Source: an uncultured Gammaproteobacteria bacterium (lineage in GTDB: Bacteria; Patescibacteriota; Microgenomatia; Curtissbacterales; GWA2-41-24). Taken from it: a stretch of DNA of 64,000 bases. Location of the stretch: assembly GCA_964562855.1 (NCBI GenBank), contig CAZLVB010000001.1:3614-67613 (forward strand). Reading direction: 5' to 3'. The stretch's first letter is position 1; each line of letters opens with the position of its first letter. Below the pieces are notes generated by a model that was given only the letters and a program-made list of their open reading frames with translations, did no database searches and was not told the origin of the DNA. Position numbers and translations under genes: made by a program. Shown piece after piece: positions 44,044 to 53,559 of the stretch.

Positions 44044-45663
44044 TTATCCACCTTTAACTGCCGGTTTCCCAGCGGGATTGGGTGCCCCTGGCCAGTGAGT
44101 AAGCTTAAAAACCTTAATGCCGATTTCGGGTAAGTCCCATTCACCGACTATTTGCGCTCTTCCGAACCCGGCAATTTCCCAAATGGGATGTCCAAGTGGC
44201 GCACATGTTCTAGTTTCACAAACTACCAAAAGTTGCTCCGTTACTAATGTTTCAAGCTCGGTTGGACGAAATCCTTTTATTTCTAGAAAATACCTATATG
44301 CATGATCGCTATTGTGATCGGCAATCAGCGCAAAATTAAAAGGCTTATCTTCGCTTATTTTTGTCACAAAACCGGAAACGGTTGATGTTTGTTCAATTAA
44401 TCTATTTGGAGGGTATCTAAAAAGACCATTTGAAACAAAATATGCAACTGTTATGGCAGTTAAAATAAATGTAAAACTTCTAAAAAAAATGTTCTTCCAG
44501 AAAACACTAATAACTAAACCAAATAACAGAAAGGGTGCGGGGAACATAAATCCGAAGTAGTAATCAAAAAGCTGGCCAGCATAAAGCCTCGCACCCAGTA
44601 AGCCCCCCAAAAACCAGATGATACCTATGGAAAAAATTAGTTTTTTCTCACTAAATTTCCAATTTTTGGCCAGTCCATATATTCCTCCAACTGCCAAAAA
44701 CCAGTAAAATATCTTCGTGATAATTGTTTTATTGAGCTCTGATATGAATTCCAATAAGATATTACCGGTATTTGAGGCTTGCCAAACCAAATTTATCCTT
44801 TTGTAGCCAACAGTTGATCCCCGAGTTATAAATTCCCAGATTGTTTTAAAGTTAGGAAAATTATTTTTAATTTCGAACAATAAAAATGGCAAAACGGTGA
44901 CAATTGCTCCCGCTAACCCAGCAGCAAGATAAATGGGCCATTTTTTAAAACTAACATTAAAAAACAACACTAAGGTTGAAAGTAAAAATAAAACTGTTGC
45001 TAAATAGTGAAGCTGGATAGCGATGCCAAAGCACGCACCGGCAAGAAGAAAATAGATGACTTTTTTCTTTTGGATGCCTTTATAGAGAAAATAGAATAAG
45101 AGAAGCGCAAAAAATGGTAATGGGTTGGGATTCCAGGAAGATCTTGAATACCTAACAATAAGCGGGGCTGTTGCGTATAAAAAGCCGGCAAGAATTGCCG
45201 GCCAATAGCCCGCAGTTTCTGCAAGAAACTTAAAAAGTAAGAGCACGGTTAAGGCGCCAAATGCCGCCACCATGTATGAGGGTCCTACCGGGTCATATCG
45301 CCATAAATATAAGAATGGTGCGCCCATCCAATAATAAATTGGGCCAAGGTAGAAACCGCCTACAGAGGCAGTTGGACCTAAAAACGTTGGCCTTTTTTCC
45401 ATTATCATCTTTCTCATAACTAGCATATCTCTCCCCTCGTCTCCCAAAAAAACAACATAATCTCTAACCTTCCAAAATCGGAAGAACATGGCAGTTAAAA
45501 TTAAAATCAAAAAAATAATGAATTTTATTTTCGAATCCGCGAAACCACTGCTTCCCGCTCGGGGATGAAGTGGATGAGAAAACATCCTCCAAAGTCGACT
45601 GGTAAGTGAAGATGTCATATTTTTAAATTTTCCAAACTTCATGGGATGCTCCCTGGATTGCAA
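44044..45663 (-). CDS. GT-C (PMT_2/ArnT-like) membrane glycosyltransferase
   Basis: FLGDEGRD, FLGP, YLGPIYYW, SRSSWNPN, QLHY, WEIAGF. The N-terminal ~45 aa is atypical and the start is uncertain. Confidence 0.8.
   Translation of the reverse strand: MQSREHPMKFGKFKNMTSSLTSRLWRMFSHPLHPRAGSSGFADSKIKFIIFLILILTAMFFRFWKVRDYVVFLGDEGRDMLVMRKMIMEKRPTFLGPTASVGGFYLGPIYYWMGAPFLYLWRYDPVGPSYMVAAFGALTVLLLFKFLAETAGYWPAILAGFLYATAPLIVRYSRSSWNPNPLPFFALLLFYFLYKGIQKKKVIYFLLAGACFGIAIQLHYLATVLFLLSTLVLFFNVSFKKWPIYLAAGLAGAIVTVLPFLLFEIKNNFPNFKTIWEFITRGSTVGYKRINLVWQASNTGNILLEFISELNKTIITKIFYWFLAVGGIYGLAKNWKFSEKKLIFSIGIIWFLGGLLGARLYAGQLFDYYFGFMFPAPFLLFGLVISVFWKNIFFRSFTFILTAITVAYFVSNGLFRYPPNRLIEQTSTVSGFVTKISEDKPFNFALIADHNSDHAYRYFLEIKGFRPTELETLVTEQLLVVCETRTCAPLGHPIWEIAGFGRAQIVGEWDLPEIGIKVFKLTHWPGAPNPAGKPAVKGG
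45545..45587. repeat. REP-like palindromes in the 5' extension of a GT-C gene
   Basis: CCACT..TTCCC-GCTC-GGGGA...AGTGG overlapping GGATG-AGAAAA-CATCC. Confidence 0.4.
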
Positions 45664-46851
45664 TTAAGATTCTTTCCAGATCAGCAGCGTATTTAAAAGA
45701 TAGTTTGCGAATAATCCGATAATTACTCCTACTGCCAAGCCGATTTGCTCATGAAGAGAAAGAACTCTGGCAAAAAATAAGATAGAAGTGAGCTGAATTA
45801 GTGGGCTGGCAAAGGATGTCGCATTAAATTTAAGAAACCTTAAAAAAATGGAGCCGTCGCGCGAACGATGTTTAAATGTCCAATTATCGTGAAACAGAAA
45901 GTTCAAAATTATAGATAGCTCGATAGAAACTATTGACGAAACTAAAAGCCTATCAAGAGTAACTGAAAATACTTTAGGTGCATGCTCGAAGCTGGGAATA
46001 AAGCTGAATAGAGGTTTTGCCAGTATTGGCAAGAAATAAATCTCTCCCCTGTTGAAAATTCCCAGCGTTATAGCATTTGTTAAATAACTTGCCACACCGA
46101 CTGTCAAAAATTTAAAGAAGGTTCTTGAACGTTCAATTCTAACCCTAATGCCAAATTTCAAAACATCCAAGGTGTAGGCAATAATTTTGGCTTTTGAATA
46201 GCCCCTTTTGCGGTCTTCGAAAGTTATAGGTATTTCTTTAATCTTTGCGCCAGCTTTGATAGCAGCATATAAAAAAGCCGGTTGAATTATGTAAGTTTTA
46301 GCCCTCCATGGAACTTTTGAAAAATCGATTTTTTCGAATAATGTTTTAGTAAAAACTCTGTAGGAATTTGTATATTCAGATAAATTAAACGTACCCCAAC
46401 TAAATTTACAATAGAGAGCAGAACCCCTTGTAAAGAGTCTCCTGTGCCATCCCAGTCGATTCTTACCACCTTTTGTGAGCCTTGAACCGTTTACTAAATC
46501 GAAACCTTTTTTTATGTATTCAACCATTTTAGGTAGCGATGCTGGGTCATGTGACAGGTCTCCATCCATTTGAGCAAGTACATCGGCTTTGAGTCTGTCA
46601 ATTGAATAACGATGTCCCTTGACGATGCCTACACCCAACCCTTTTTGTTTCACATCCAGGTAGTGCACTTTTGGATTTATTTTGGAGATTCTTTTTACAG
46701 TTTCTGCAGTACCGTCAAGAGAGTGACTGTCAGAAACTAAAACGTGCAGATCGAAATCCGGCAGTAATTTGGAAGCTTGGAGAATTTTTTTTATTACTTC
46801 TTCTATATTCTCTCCCTCGTTATAGGTAGGGACATTGACCACAAGTCTCAT
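45664..46851 (-). CDS. Polyprenyl-phosphate mannose synthase-like GT2 fused to a GtrA-like flippase domain
   Basis: [41 protein letters not shown]; C-terminal FFKF..VG...NF..HD.WTF...FLKF...NY.LN. Confidence 0.85.
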   Translation of the reverse strand: MRLVVNVPTYNEGENIEEVIKKILQASKLLPDFDLHVLVSDSHSLDGTAETVKRISKINPKVHYLDVKQKGLGVGIVKGHRYSIDRLKADVLAQMDGDLSHDPASLPKMVEYIKKGFDLVNGSRLTKGGKNRLGWHRRLFTRGSALYCKFSWGTFNLSEYTNSYRVFTKTLFEKIDFSKVPWRAKTYIIQPAFLYAAIKAGAKIKEIPITFEDRKRGYSKAKIIAYTLDVLKFGIRVRIERSRTFFKFLTVGVASYLTNAITLGIFNRGEIYFLPILAKPLFSFIPSFEHAPKVFSVTLDRLLVSSIVSIELSIILNFLFHDNWTFKHRSRDGSIFLRFLKFNATSFASPLIQLTSILFFARVLSLHEQIGLAVGVIIGLFANYLLNTLLIWKES

Positions 46852-47825
46852 CTGGAATTTTTCTTGAGGAGGTCTATATCTGCCTCGACCATTATCTTGA
46901 CAAGATCTTTAAAGGTAACTTGAGGCTGCCAACCCAAAATTTTGCGCGCTTTTGTGGAATCACCGATAAGAAAATCGACTTCGGCTGGTCTGAATAATTC
47001 CCGGGAAACTTTTACATATTTTTTCCAATTTTTTACGCCAATTACCTCAAAAGCCTCTTGGCAGAATTGGGCAACGGAGTGATTTTCCCCAGTTGCTATA
47101 ACAAAATCATCTGGAAGCTTTTGCTGGAGCATCATCCACATAGCCTTCACGTAATCTCCGGCAAAACCCCAGTCACGTTTGGCATCCAAATTCCCGAGTA
47201 CAATATGATCGGAAAGCCCTAGAAATATTCTGGCAACACCGTGGGATATCTTTCTGGTAACAAATTCTAAACCCCTCCTTGGCGATTCATGATTGAAAAG
47301 AATGCCGCTTACCGTAAACAAATCATATGATTCTCTGTAATTAATGGTGATCCAATGCGCATATACTTTTGCCACACCATAGGGGCTTCTTGGATGAAAT
47401 GGCGTCTTTTCATTCTGTGGTGATTCTTTAACCATCCCGAACATTTCAGATGAAGAGGCCTGGTAAAATCTGGCATCAGGCTTTACTTGCCGTAGGGCTT
47501 CGAGCATTCTGGTTGCACCCAAAGCGGTAAATTCCCCCGTAAGAACTGGTTGTGACCATGAAGTTGCGACAAAGCTTTGAGCTGCCAGATTATAGACCTC
47601 ATCGGGCATTGATTCAGACAGAGCCGAAGTTAACGACTGCTGATCTAAAAGATCACCCGGGATGAGAGTTATTCTATCCTCGATATGTTTAATTCTTTCG
47701 TAATTTGGCGTTGAGGTTCGTCTTGTCAGACCGAATACTTTATAATTTTTTGACAGCAAGAACTCTGCCAGATAAGATCCGTCCTGGCCTGTTATTCCCG
47801 TGATTAATGCTTTTTTTTGTGCCAT
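46848..47825 (-). CDS. gmd: GDP-mannose 4,6-dehydratase
   Basis: [63 protein letters not shown]. Confidence 0.95.
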   Translation of the reverse strand: MAQKKALITGITGQDGSYLAEFLLSKNYKVFGLTRRTSTPNYERIKHIEDRITLIPGDLLDQQSLTSALSESMPDEVYNLAAQSFVATSWSQPVLTGEFTALGATRMLEALRQVKPDARFYQASSSEMFGMVKESPQNEKTPFHPRSPYGVAKVYAHWITINYRESYDLFTVSGILFNHESPRRGLEFVTRKISHGVARIFLGLSDHIVLGNLDAKRDWGFAGDYVKAMWMMLQQKLPDDFVIATGENHSVAQFCQEAFEVIGVKNWKKYVKVSRELFRPAEVDFLIGDSTKARKILGWQPQVTFKDLVKIMVEADIDLLKKNSR

Positions 47826-47828
47826 TTT

Positions 47829-48824
47829 TTAATTTCTTGCGCTTTTTCGTTCAAACTCAATTGTATCAGATAAGGTTTTTTCTATTGGAATTTCTGGTAT
47901 CCATCCTGTTTGCTTTCTAAATTTTTCGAAATTGCAATACACTTTTTTTATTTCAATCGGCCTGAATAAATTTTTATTAACTCTTATTTTAATTTTTACT
48001 TTCGAAAATAATATCAGTTTTTTAAGAATATCAGCAATTTTGTAAGCTTTTTGCGAACCCAGATTATAAACTTCGCCGGGTTTACCAATTTCAGCGGCTA
48101 AGAAGTAGGCTCTGACCATGTCTCGCACATCGGTGAAGTCTCGCCAAACATCCAGATTGCCAACCTCTATTGTCCCGCCGTTATTTTTTTCAAGTGCCGC
48201 AATTTGTTCAGCAAACGCTGGTACAACAAAGTGGGGTGCTTGTCTGGGTCCGATGTGATTAAAAGGCCTAACTCTTACAATCTTTAGTTTACTTTGTAAG
48301 AAATACTGGAGGCCTAACATGTCCTGGGCTACTTTTGATACGGCATAGGGGGAAACTGGCGCAATGGGAGCATTTTCATCCACAGGTAAATGCTTGGCAT
48401 CTATATTCCCATATTCTTCCGAAGAACCAATAACCAAAATCTTTGCTTTGGGATTGGTTTCTTTTACGGCATTAAGTAAATATATCTGCGGAAAAATATT
48501 ATTGGCAAGAGTTTTTTTGGGAGTTTTAAAGCTTTCGGCTGCCGAAGAAACCGCAGCCAAATGAAAAACGTAATCCGGCTTAATATCTAAAACGTGATCT
48601 CTTACCTCTTTTTTTTTAAGTATGTTGCATGGTGACAAGTTAAGTTTGTGCTCAATGTGGGCAAGATTTTTAATTGAGTGATCGGGATGAAAGAATCCAA
48701 AAATTGTAAATTTTTTGGCAAGAAGGTATTCGGCAAGATGACTGCCGGCAAAACCAGCAATACCTGTGATAAGAACCTTCTTCGAAGAACCTTGATTCCT
48801 GACGGAATTTAAAGCTTTTTTCAT
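47829..48824 (-). CDS. rmd: GDP-4-dehydro-6-deoxy-D-mannose reductase (Rmd-like SDR)
   Basis: ITGIAGFAG, GSSEEYG, SPYAVSK, RPFNHIGPRQ, VGNL...RDFTDVRD; adjacent to gmd. Confidence 0.75.
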   Translation of the reverse strand: MKKALNSVRNQGSSKKVLITGIAGFAGSHLAEYLLAKKFTIFGFFHPDHSIKNLAHIEHKLNLSPCNILKKKEVRDHVLDIKPDYVFHLAAVSSAAESFKTPKKTLANNIFPQIYLLNAVKETNPKAKILVIGSSEEYGNIDAKHLPVDENAPIAPVSPYAVSKVAQDMLGLQYFLQSKLKIVRVRPFNHIGPRQAPHFVVPAFAEQIAALEKNNGGTIEVGNLDVWRDFTDVRDMVRAYFLAAEIGKPGEVYNLGSQKAYKIADILKKLILFSKVKIKIRVNKNLFRPIEIKKVYCNFEKFRKQTGWIPEIPIEKTLSDTIEFERKSARN

Positions 48825-50125
48825 CGGCCGATTCCCACATATTTAAATCCTAATTGTTTTACCTTATCTATAACGAAAAAATTGCGGCCATCTATAATAA
48901 TCGGTGTTTTTAGGAGCCTTTTAACAAGTCTTAGATCCAGTTCTTTAAATTCAGACCATTCTGTAATCAAAACCAGTGCGTCACAGCCCGAAAGGGCACT
49001 GTAGGCGTCTTTTGCGAATTTGATATTTGGCAAAATCCTTCTGGTGTTTTCCATGGCTTGTGGATCATAGGCGGTTATTTTCGCCTTTAGATCCAAAAGG
49101 TGTTTGATAATTTTGATTGCCGGTGCTTCCCTGATATCATCTGTGTTTGCTTTAAAAGCCAGTCCCAAAACAGCCAATCTTTTGCCTTCCAGATTTTTTC
49201 TTTTGCCTTCAGGCGCATCAAGGGCGTTTCTAATCTTGGTGATAAATTTAAGAATTTGATTCTCGTTAATGGCATCTACCGCCCTTAGAAGTGCCAAGTC
49301 GTAGCCGAAAAACTGACCGATTGAAATAAAAGCCAAGACGTCTTTAGGCAGACAAGAGCCACCATAACCTACACCGGGATATAAGAAAGAGCGCCCGATG
49401 CGCTTGTCTTGCCCTACTCCTTCCAGCACTTTTTCGACATCCGCGCCGACCTTTTCGCAGAGATTTGCAATATCGTTTGCAAAGGAAACTTTCGTGGCCA
49501 GGAGTGCGTTTGATGCGTATTTAATTAATTGAGCGCTGCGCATGTCACAGATAATACGATTTCCGGAAATCGGCGCGTGCAATTCCAAAAGCATCCTTTG
49601 AGCCTTCTTGCTTGCAGAGCCGATAACAATCCTGTCTGGATTGAGCGTGTCTTCAATAGCTGTTCCTTCTCTTAAAAACTCAGGCGACGAGGCAAATTCA
49701 AATTTACTTTTGGCATATTTTTTGGCAGTTTGTTCAAGATCATCCTCGAAACCGATTGGAATGGTACTTTTTATGGTAATCAGAGTATATCCGGCAAGAT
49801 TTTTAGCCGTTTCTTCGACCGCTGAAAAGAGATATGAAAGATCCGCCTCTCCGTTATTTTTCGGAGGTGTTCCGACACAAATAAAAACTATTTTGGATTT
49901 CGGGACGGATTGGCTATAACTTGTAGTGAAAAGGAGTCTTTTTGCGTTTATATTTCTTTTGACATAATCTGCAAGTTGCGGTTCAAAAAAAGGTATTTTG
50001 GCTTTTTTTAGATTTTCAACTCTCTTTTTATCAATGTCGACACAATAAACCTTATTTCCTAAATCCGAAAAAATAGCTGCGGTGACTAATCCAACATAAC
50101 CAGCGCCGACTACTGTCAGAGTCAT
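48821..50125 (-). CDS. ugd: UDP-glucose 6-dehydrogenase
   Basis: GAGYVGL, CVGTP, KSTIP.G, PEFLREG, IKYASN, GYGGSCLPKD, GLAFK.NTDDIRE, DGRN. Confidence 0.92.
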   Translation of the reverse strand: MTLTVVGAGYVGLVTAAIFSDLGNKVYCVDIDKKRVENLKKAKIPFFEPQLADYVKRNINAKRLLFTTSYSQSVPKSKIVFICVGTPPKNNGEADLSYLFSAVEETAKNLAGYTLITIKSTIPIGFEDDLEQTAKKYAKSKFEFASSPEFLREGTAIEDTLNPDRIVIGSASKKAQRMLLELHAPISGNRIICDMRSAQLIKYASNALLATKVSFANDIANLCEKVGADVEKVLEGVGQDKRIGRSFLYPGVGYGGSCLPKDVLAFISIGQFFGYDLALLRAVDAINENQILKFITKIRNALDAPEGKRKNLEGKRLAVLGLAFKANTDDIREAPAIKIIKHLLDLKAKITAYDPQAMENTRRILPNIKFAKDAYSALSGCDALVLITEWSEFKELDLRLVKRLLKTPIIIDGRNFFVIDKVKQLGFKYVGIGR

Positions 50126-50134
50126 ATTAAAAGG

Positions 50135-50164
50135 GTATCACGGGTACCAAAAGTACCACAAGTT
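50135..50164. repeat. Degenerate 9-nt tandem repeat, intergenic
   Basis: GTATCACGG GTACCAAAA GTACCACAA GTT. Confidence 0.6.
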
Positions 50165-50172
50165 CTTGGTTA

Positions 50173-51069
50173 CTATAGTAATTTTCCGCTTGACTGTTCA
50201 TATATGGTCTTTATTCCCTGCTCCCAATCGGTGGGTGTAAAGCCTAACTTTTTGATTCTCCCTGTTTTTAAGCCGCCATTAATTGGCCGTGGGGCCGGAA
50301 GTTTCGTTGTCAATATGGAGCCTTTCTTAACGGTTTGCGAATCACCGCCGAATTTATCTATTAGAGATTTTGCGAAATCGTATGGAGTTGTTATTCCGGG
50401 ACTTGCTATGTGGAAAATTCCTGATTCATTTTGGTCTAATATTAATTTGGTTGCAGGAGCAAGATCATCGATGAACGTGGGTGTGAAAAACTGGTCAGAA
50501 AACATCGGGAACAAACTTTTTTGGCGATATTTTCTTAAAATTGCCTTCGCAAAATCATCCTTATTTTGGAATCTTCCTCTATAAGGATAGGCGATCCTGA
50601 TAATAATAAAGTCCAGAAGCATCCTTTCAGTCTGCTTCTCCCCCTCCATTTTTGTGATACCGTACCAAGAAATTTTACTAATGTTTTTGGCTGGTGGGTC
50701 TTTCTCATTGTATGGTCCGCTTGTGCCGTCGAATACAAAATCTGTGGATATAGATATTAATTGTCTTTTAAATTTCCGTGCAGATTCCGCAACATTTTTT
50801 ACTCCTGCTACATTGATTTTCCAACAAAGGGCACTCTTGTCACCTCGCTGCTTTTCCGCTTCGTCGACATCGGTGAAGGCGGAAAATAAAATTAGAGCTT
50901 GAAAATTGTTACTCGAAAAAAAATTATTTACTGATTTTTGATCTGTTATATCTACGGGCCATTGACTATGCAGATCTGCCTCTATTATCTCGAAATTTTG
51001 GCGAGACAGCTGGCAAAATCTCGACCCAACCATCGATGAAGAACCAATAACCGCCAGGGTCGTTTTCAT
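50173..51069 (-). CDS. rmlD: dTDP-4-dehydrorhamnose reductase-like SDR
   Basis: AFTDVD.AE, ISTDFVFDG, WYGITK..GE, DQ..TPTFIDD, APRP. Start at ATG 51069, overlapping the rmlB stop. Confidence 0.8.
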   Translation of the reverse strand: MKTTLAVIGSSSMVGSRFCQLSRQNFEIIEADLHSQWPVDITDQKSVNNFFSSNNFQALILFSAFTDVDEAEKQRGDKSALCWKINVAGVKNVAESARKFKRQLISISTDFVFDGTSGPYNEKDPPAKNISKISWYGITKMEGEKQTERMLLDFIIIRIAYPYRGRFQNKDDFAKAILRKYRQKSLFPMFSDQFFTPTFIDDLAPATKLILDQNESGIFHIASPGITTPYDFAKSLIDKFGGDSQTVKKGSILTTKLPAPRPINGGLKTGRIKKLGFTPTDWEQGIKTIYEQSSGKLL

Positions 51070-52076
51070 CTTGTAACATATTGTTTTTGATAATAGTCCT
51101 GAAATGATCTGTCCTTGAGCTTTTTCCACCAATTCTCATTATTTTTATACCATTCAACGGTTAATCTTAGTGCTTTATCGAAATCATATTTTTGTGACCA
51201 TCCAAGTTCTTTCTTTATTTTTGAAGCGTCTATAGCATATCGTCTATCGTGACCCGGACGGTCTTTAACGTATTCAATCATCTTCTTATCTTGACCTAAA
51301 ACTTCTAAGATTTTTTTTACGACCTCTAAGTTGGCAATATCACTATCAGTTCCGATAAGATAAGTTTCTCCAACTTTACCTTTTTGTAAAACTGTCTCGA
51401 TGGCGCGTGCGTGATCTTCGACATAAAGCCAGTCGCGCACGTACAAGCCATCCCCATAAACAGGAACTTTTTTGCCTTCCAAAATATTGGTGATTGCCAG
51501 CGATATTAGTTTTTCCGGATATTGATACGGACCAAAGTTGTCCGCACAGTTTGTGATTGTAATCGGCAAACCAAAAGTAACATAGTAGGCCCTGACTAAA
51601 TGATCTGCTGCGGCCTTAGAAGCAGAATAGGGGCTTCTTGGGTTGTAAGGAGTATCTTCTGTAAATCTTTGAGCTGATTCCAGCTCTAAAGCACCAAAAA
51701 CTTCATCGGTGGAAATGTGATGAAAGCGTTCAACTTTTTCTTTATATGCAGCTTCAAGCAAAACTTGTGTGCCCAAAACATTGGTTTTGACAAATATTGA
51801 AGGGTCCATAATTGATCTGTCTACATGACTTTCGGCGGCAAAATGGACAACTATATTAACATTCTTCATCGCTTCTTTGACTATCTGGGCATTGCAGATA
51901 TCGCCTTTTATAAAAGTGTAATTTGGACTTTTTTCGACATCGGCGAGATTCTCTAAATTACCGGCGTATGTCAAGACATCTAAATTAACGATTTCATCAT
52001 CAGGATGATTTTCCAGCCAGTAGTGGATGAAGTTGGAGCCGATGAAGCCGGCCCCCCCAGTAACAAGTAACTTCAT
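51066..52076 (-). CDS. rmlB: dTDP-glucose 4,6-dehydratase
   Basis: TGGAGFIGSNF, LTYAGN, AAESHVDRSI, ISTDEV, SPYSASK, RDWLYVEDH, DRPGHDRRY. Confidence 0.95.
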   Translation of the reverse strand: MKLLVTGGAGFIGSNFIHYWLENHPDDEIVNLDVLTYAGNLENLADVEKSPNYTFIKGDICNAQIVKEAMKNVNIVVHFAAESHVDRSIMDPSIFVKTNVLGTQVLLEAAYKEKVERFHHISTDEVFGALELESAQRFTEDTPYNPRSPYSASKAAADHLVRAYYVTFGLPITITNCADNFGPYQYPEKLISLAITNILEGKKVPVYGDGLYVRDWLYVEDHARAIETVLQKGKVGETYLIGTDSDIANLEVVKKILEVLGQDKKMIEYVKDRPGHDRRYAIDASKIKKELGWSQKYDFDKALRLTVEWYKNNENWWKKLKDRSFQDYYQKQYVTR

Positions 52077-52804
52077 TTTTCTTTCCTGATCTCTTCGGCT
52101 ACCTGAAGGTTGGCACGCAGTAGCTCATCAAACGAAGTTCCGGCATCAACCCACCAAGTATTGAGCATTTTGCAAATCATTGTTCCTTCAGAAACATAAA
52201 AATTATTAAGATCGGTGACTTCCAACTCTCCTCTGCCAGATGGTTTTTGCTTTTTAATAAAATCAAAAACCCGCCCGTCATACATATAGATTCCTGTCTG
52301 GCCTATGTCGCTTTTAGGCTTTTGCGGCTTCTCTTCAATCGAAACCACTTTGCCACCTTTAACCTCTATTACGCCATATTGCTTACTGGCAGTAGACATG
52401 TGTTTACCGTAAACAACGGCACCTTTTTCTACTTTTTCAAATTCCTCAACATCTTTTTGAAGCGACTGGGTAAAAATGTTGTCACCAAGAATTACCAGTA
52501 GTTTACCTGTATCTGCAAAATCTTGCGCTAAATTTATTGCCTGGGCAATGCCTCCTGCATCTTCCTGAATTTCGTAAGAGAGTTTAAGACCAAAGTCCTT
52601 GCCGGATCTTAATAGATTAATAAAAGCTCCGCTGTGGCTAGGGCCGGTAATTACAAGTACGTCCCTGATGCCCGCTTTAGCCATCGCCTCGAGCGGATAA
52701 AAAATCATCGGCTTGTTATAAATTGGGAGAAGATGCTTATTGGTAACCCAAGTCAAGGGACGAAGACGGGTAGCATTGCCGCCAGCTAAAATAACGCCTT
52801 TCAT
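52073..52804 (-). CDS. rmlA: Glucose-1-phosphate thymidylyltransferase (short form)
   Basis: ILAGG.ATRL.PLT...NKHLLP, LGDN, EEKP, SGRGELEVTD, W.DAGT. Confidence 0.85.
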   Translation of the reverse strand: MKGVILAGGNATRLRPLTWVTNKHLLPIYNKPMIFYPLEAMAKAGIRDVLVITGPSHSGAFINLLRSGKDFGLKLSYEIQEDAGGIAQAINLAQDFADTGKLLVILGDNIFTQSLQKDVEEFEKVEKGAVVYGKHMSTASKQYGVIEVKGGKVVSIEEKPQKPKSDIGQTGIYMYDGRVFDFIKKQKPSGRGELEVTDLNNFYVSEGTMICKMLNTWWVDAGTSFDELLRANLQVAEEIRKEK

Positions 52805-52859
52805 TATATTTATTTGCTAATTATACAAGAGAAAAGACTGTCTCTTCAAAATTGGACCT

Positions 52860-53549
52860 TTAAACTTCAACAAGCACCGAGATTGGTAGATGATCAGAAG
52901 CTCTTGAGTTTTCAACATCGAAAGAGCTTGTTTTTAGATCTTTTGTCGTAAATATGTAGTCTAACCTCGTATCGACAGACTGAGGATTACATACCATACA
53001 TCCGGCAGGGTAAATACTCCAGGTCGGTTGTGATAAAGGATCTGAATCATTAAGAACTTTTTTAACTTTTTTTATAACTTTACTTTGAGGTGTCGCGTTA
53101 AAATCACCCATCAAGATTGCATTTTTGTTTGGTATATGTTTAAGGAGATTTATTACTTGTTCATCTTGCTCGTCCAAATGTTTTTGATGAGTGTGGATAA
53201 GATGTGTGCTAAATATATGCAGCGCTTTATCCTCAAACTGAATGTCAGCCCTAATAGCTGCCCGAGGATTGTTCTTTGAGAGGATATAGGTTTCGGTTTC
53301 AAAAATTTTGTATTTACTAAAGATTGCTGGCCCATCGTTATATACTTTTCCACGCCAAGTATGCTCAACTGGCGCAAAAATATGATAATAGCTCAATTTC
53401 TCAAGGGAACTGACGATATTTCTTTTAGGATCATCAGGCACTACTTCCTGTAAACCAATTATGTCTGCATTTGATGTTTTTAGAAAATCAACAACTTGAT
53501 CGAATTTTCCATTAATCCAGATATTCCAGGAAAGAATTTTCAGCTGCAT
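52860..53549 (-). CDS. Endonuclease/exonuclease/phosphatase (EEP) family protein
   Basis: SWNI, DIIGLQE, THL, MGDFN, RLDYIF, ASDHLP. Confidence 0.88.
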   Translation of the reverse strand: MQLKILSWNIWINGKFDQVVDFLKTSNADIIGLQEVVPDDPKRNIVSSLEKLSYYHIFAPVEHTWRGKVYNDGPAIFSKYKIFETETYILSKNNPRAAIRADIQFEDKALHIFSTHLIHTHQKHLDEQDEQVINLLKHIPNKNAILMGDFNATPQSKVIKKVKKVLNDSDPLSQPTWSIYPAGCMVCNPQSVDTRLDYIFTTKDLKTSSFDVENSRASDHLPISVLVEV

Positions 53550-53559
53550 AGTTAAGCTT

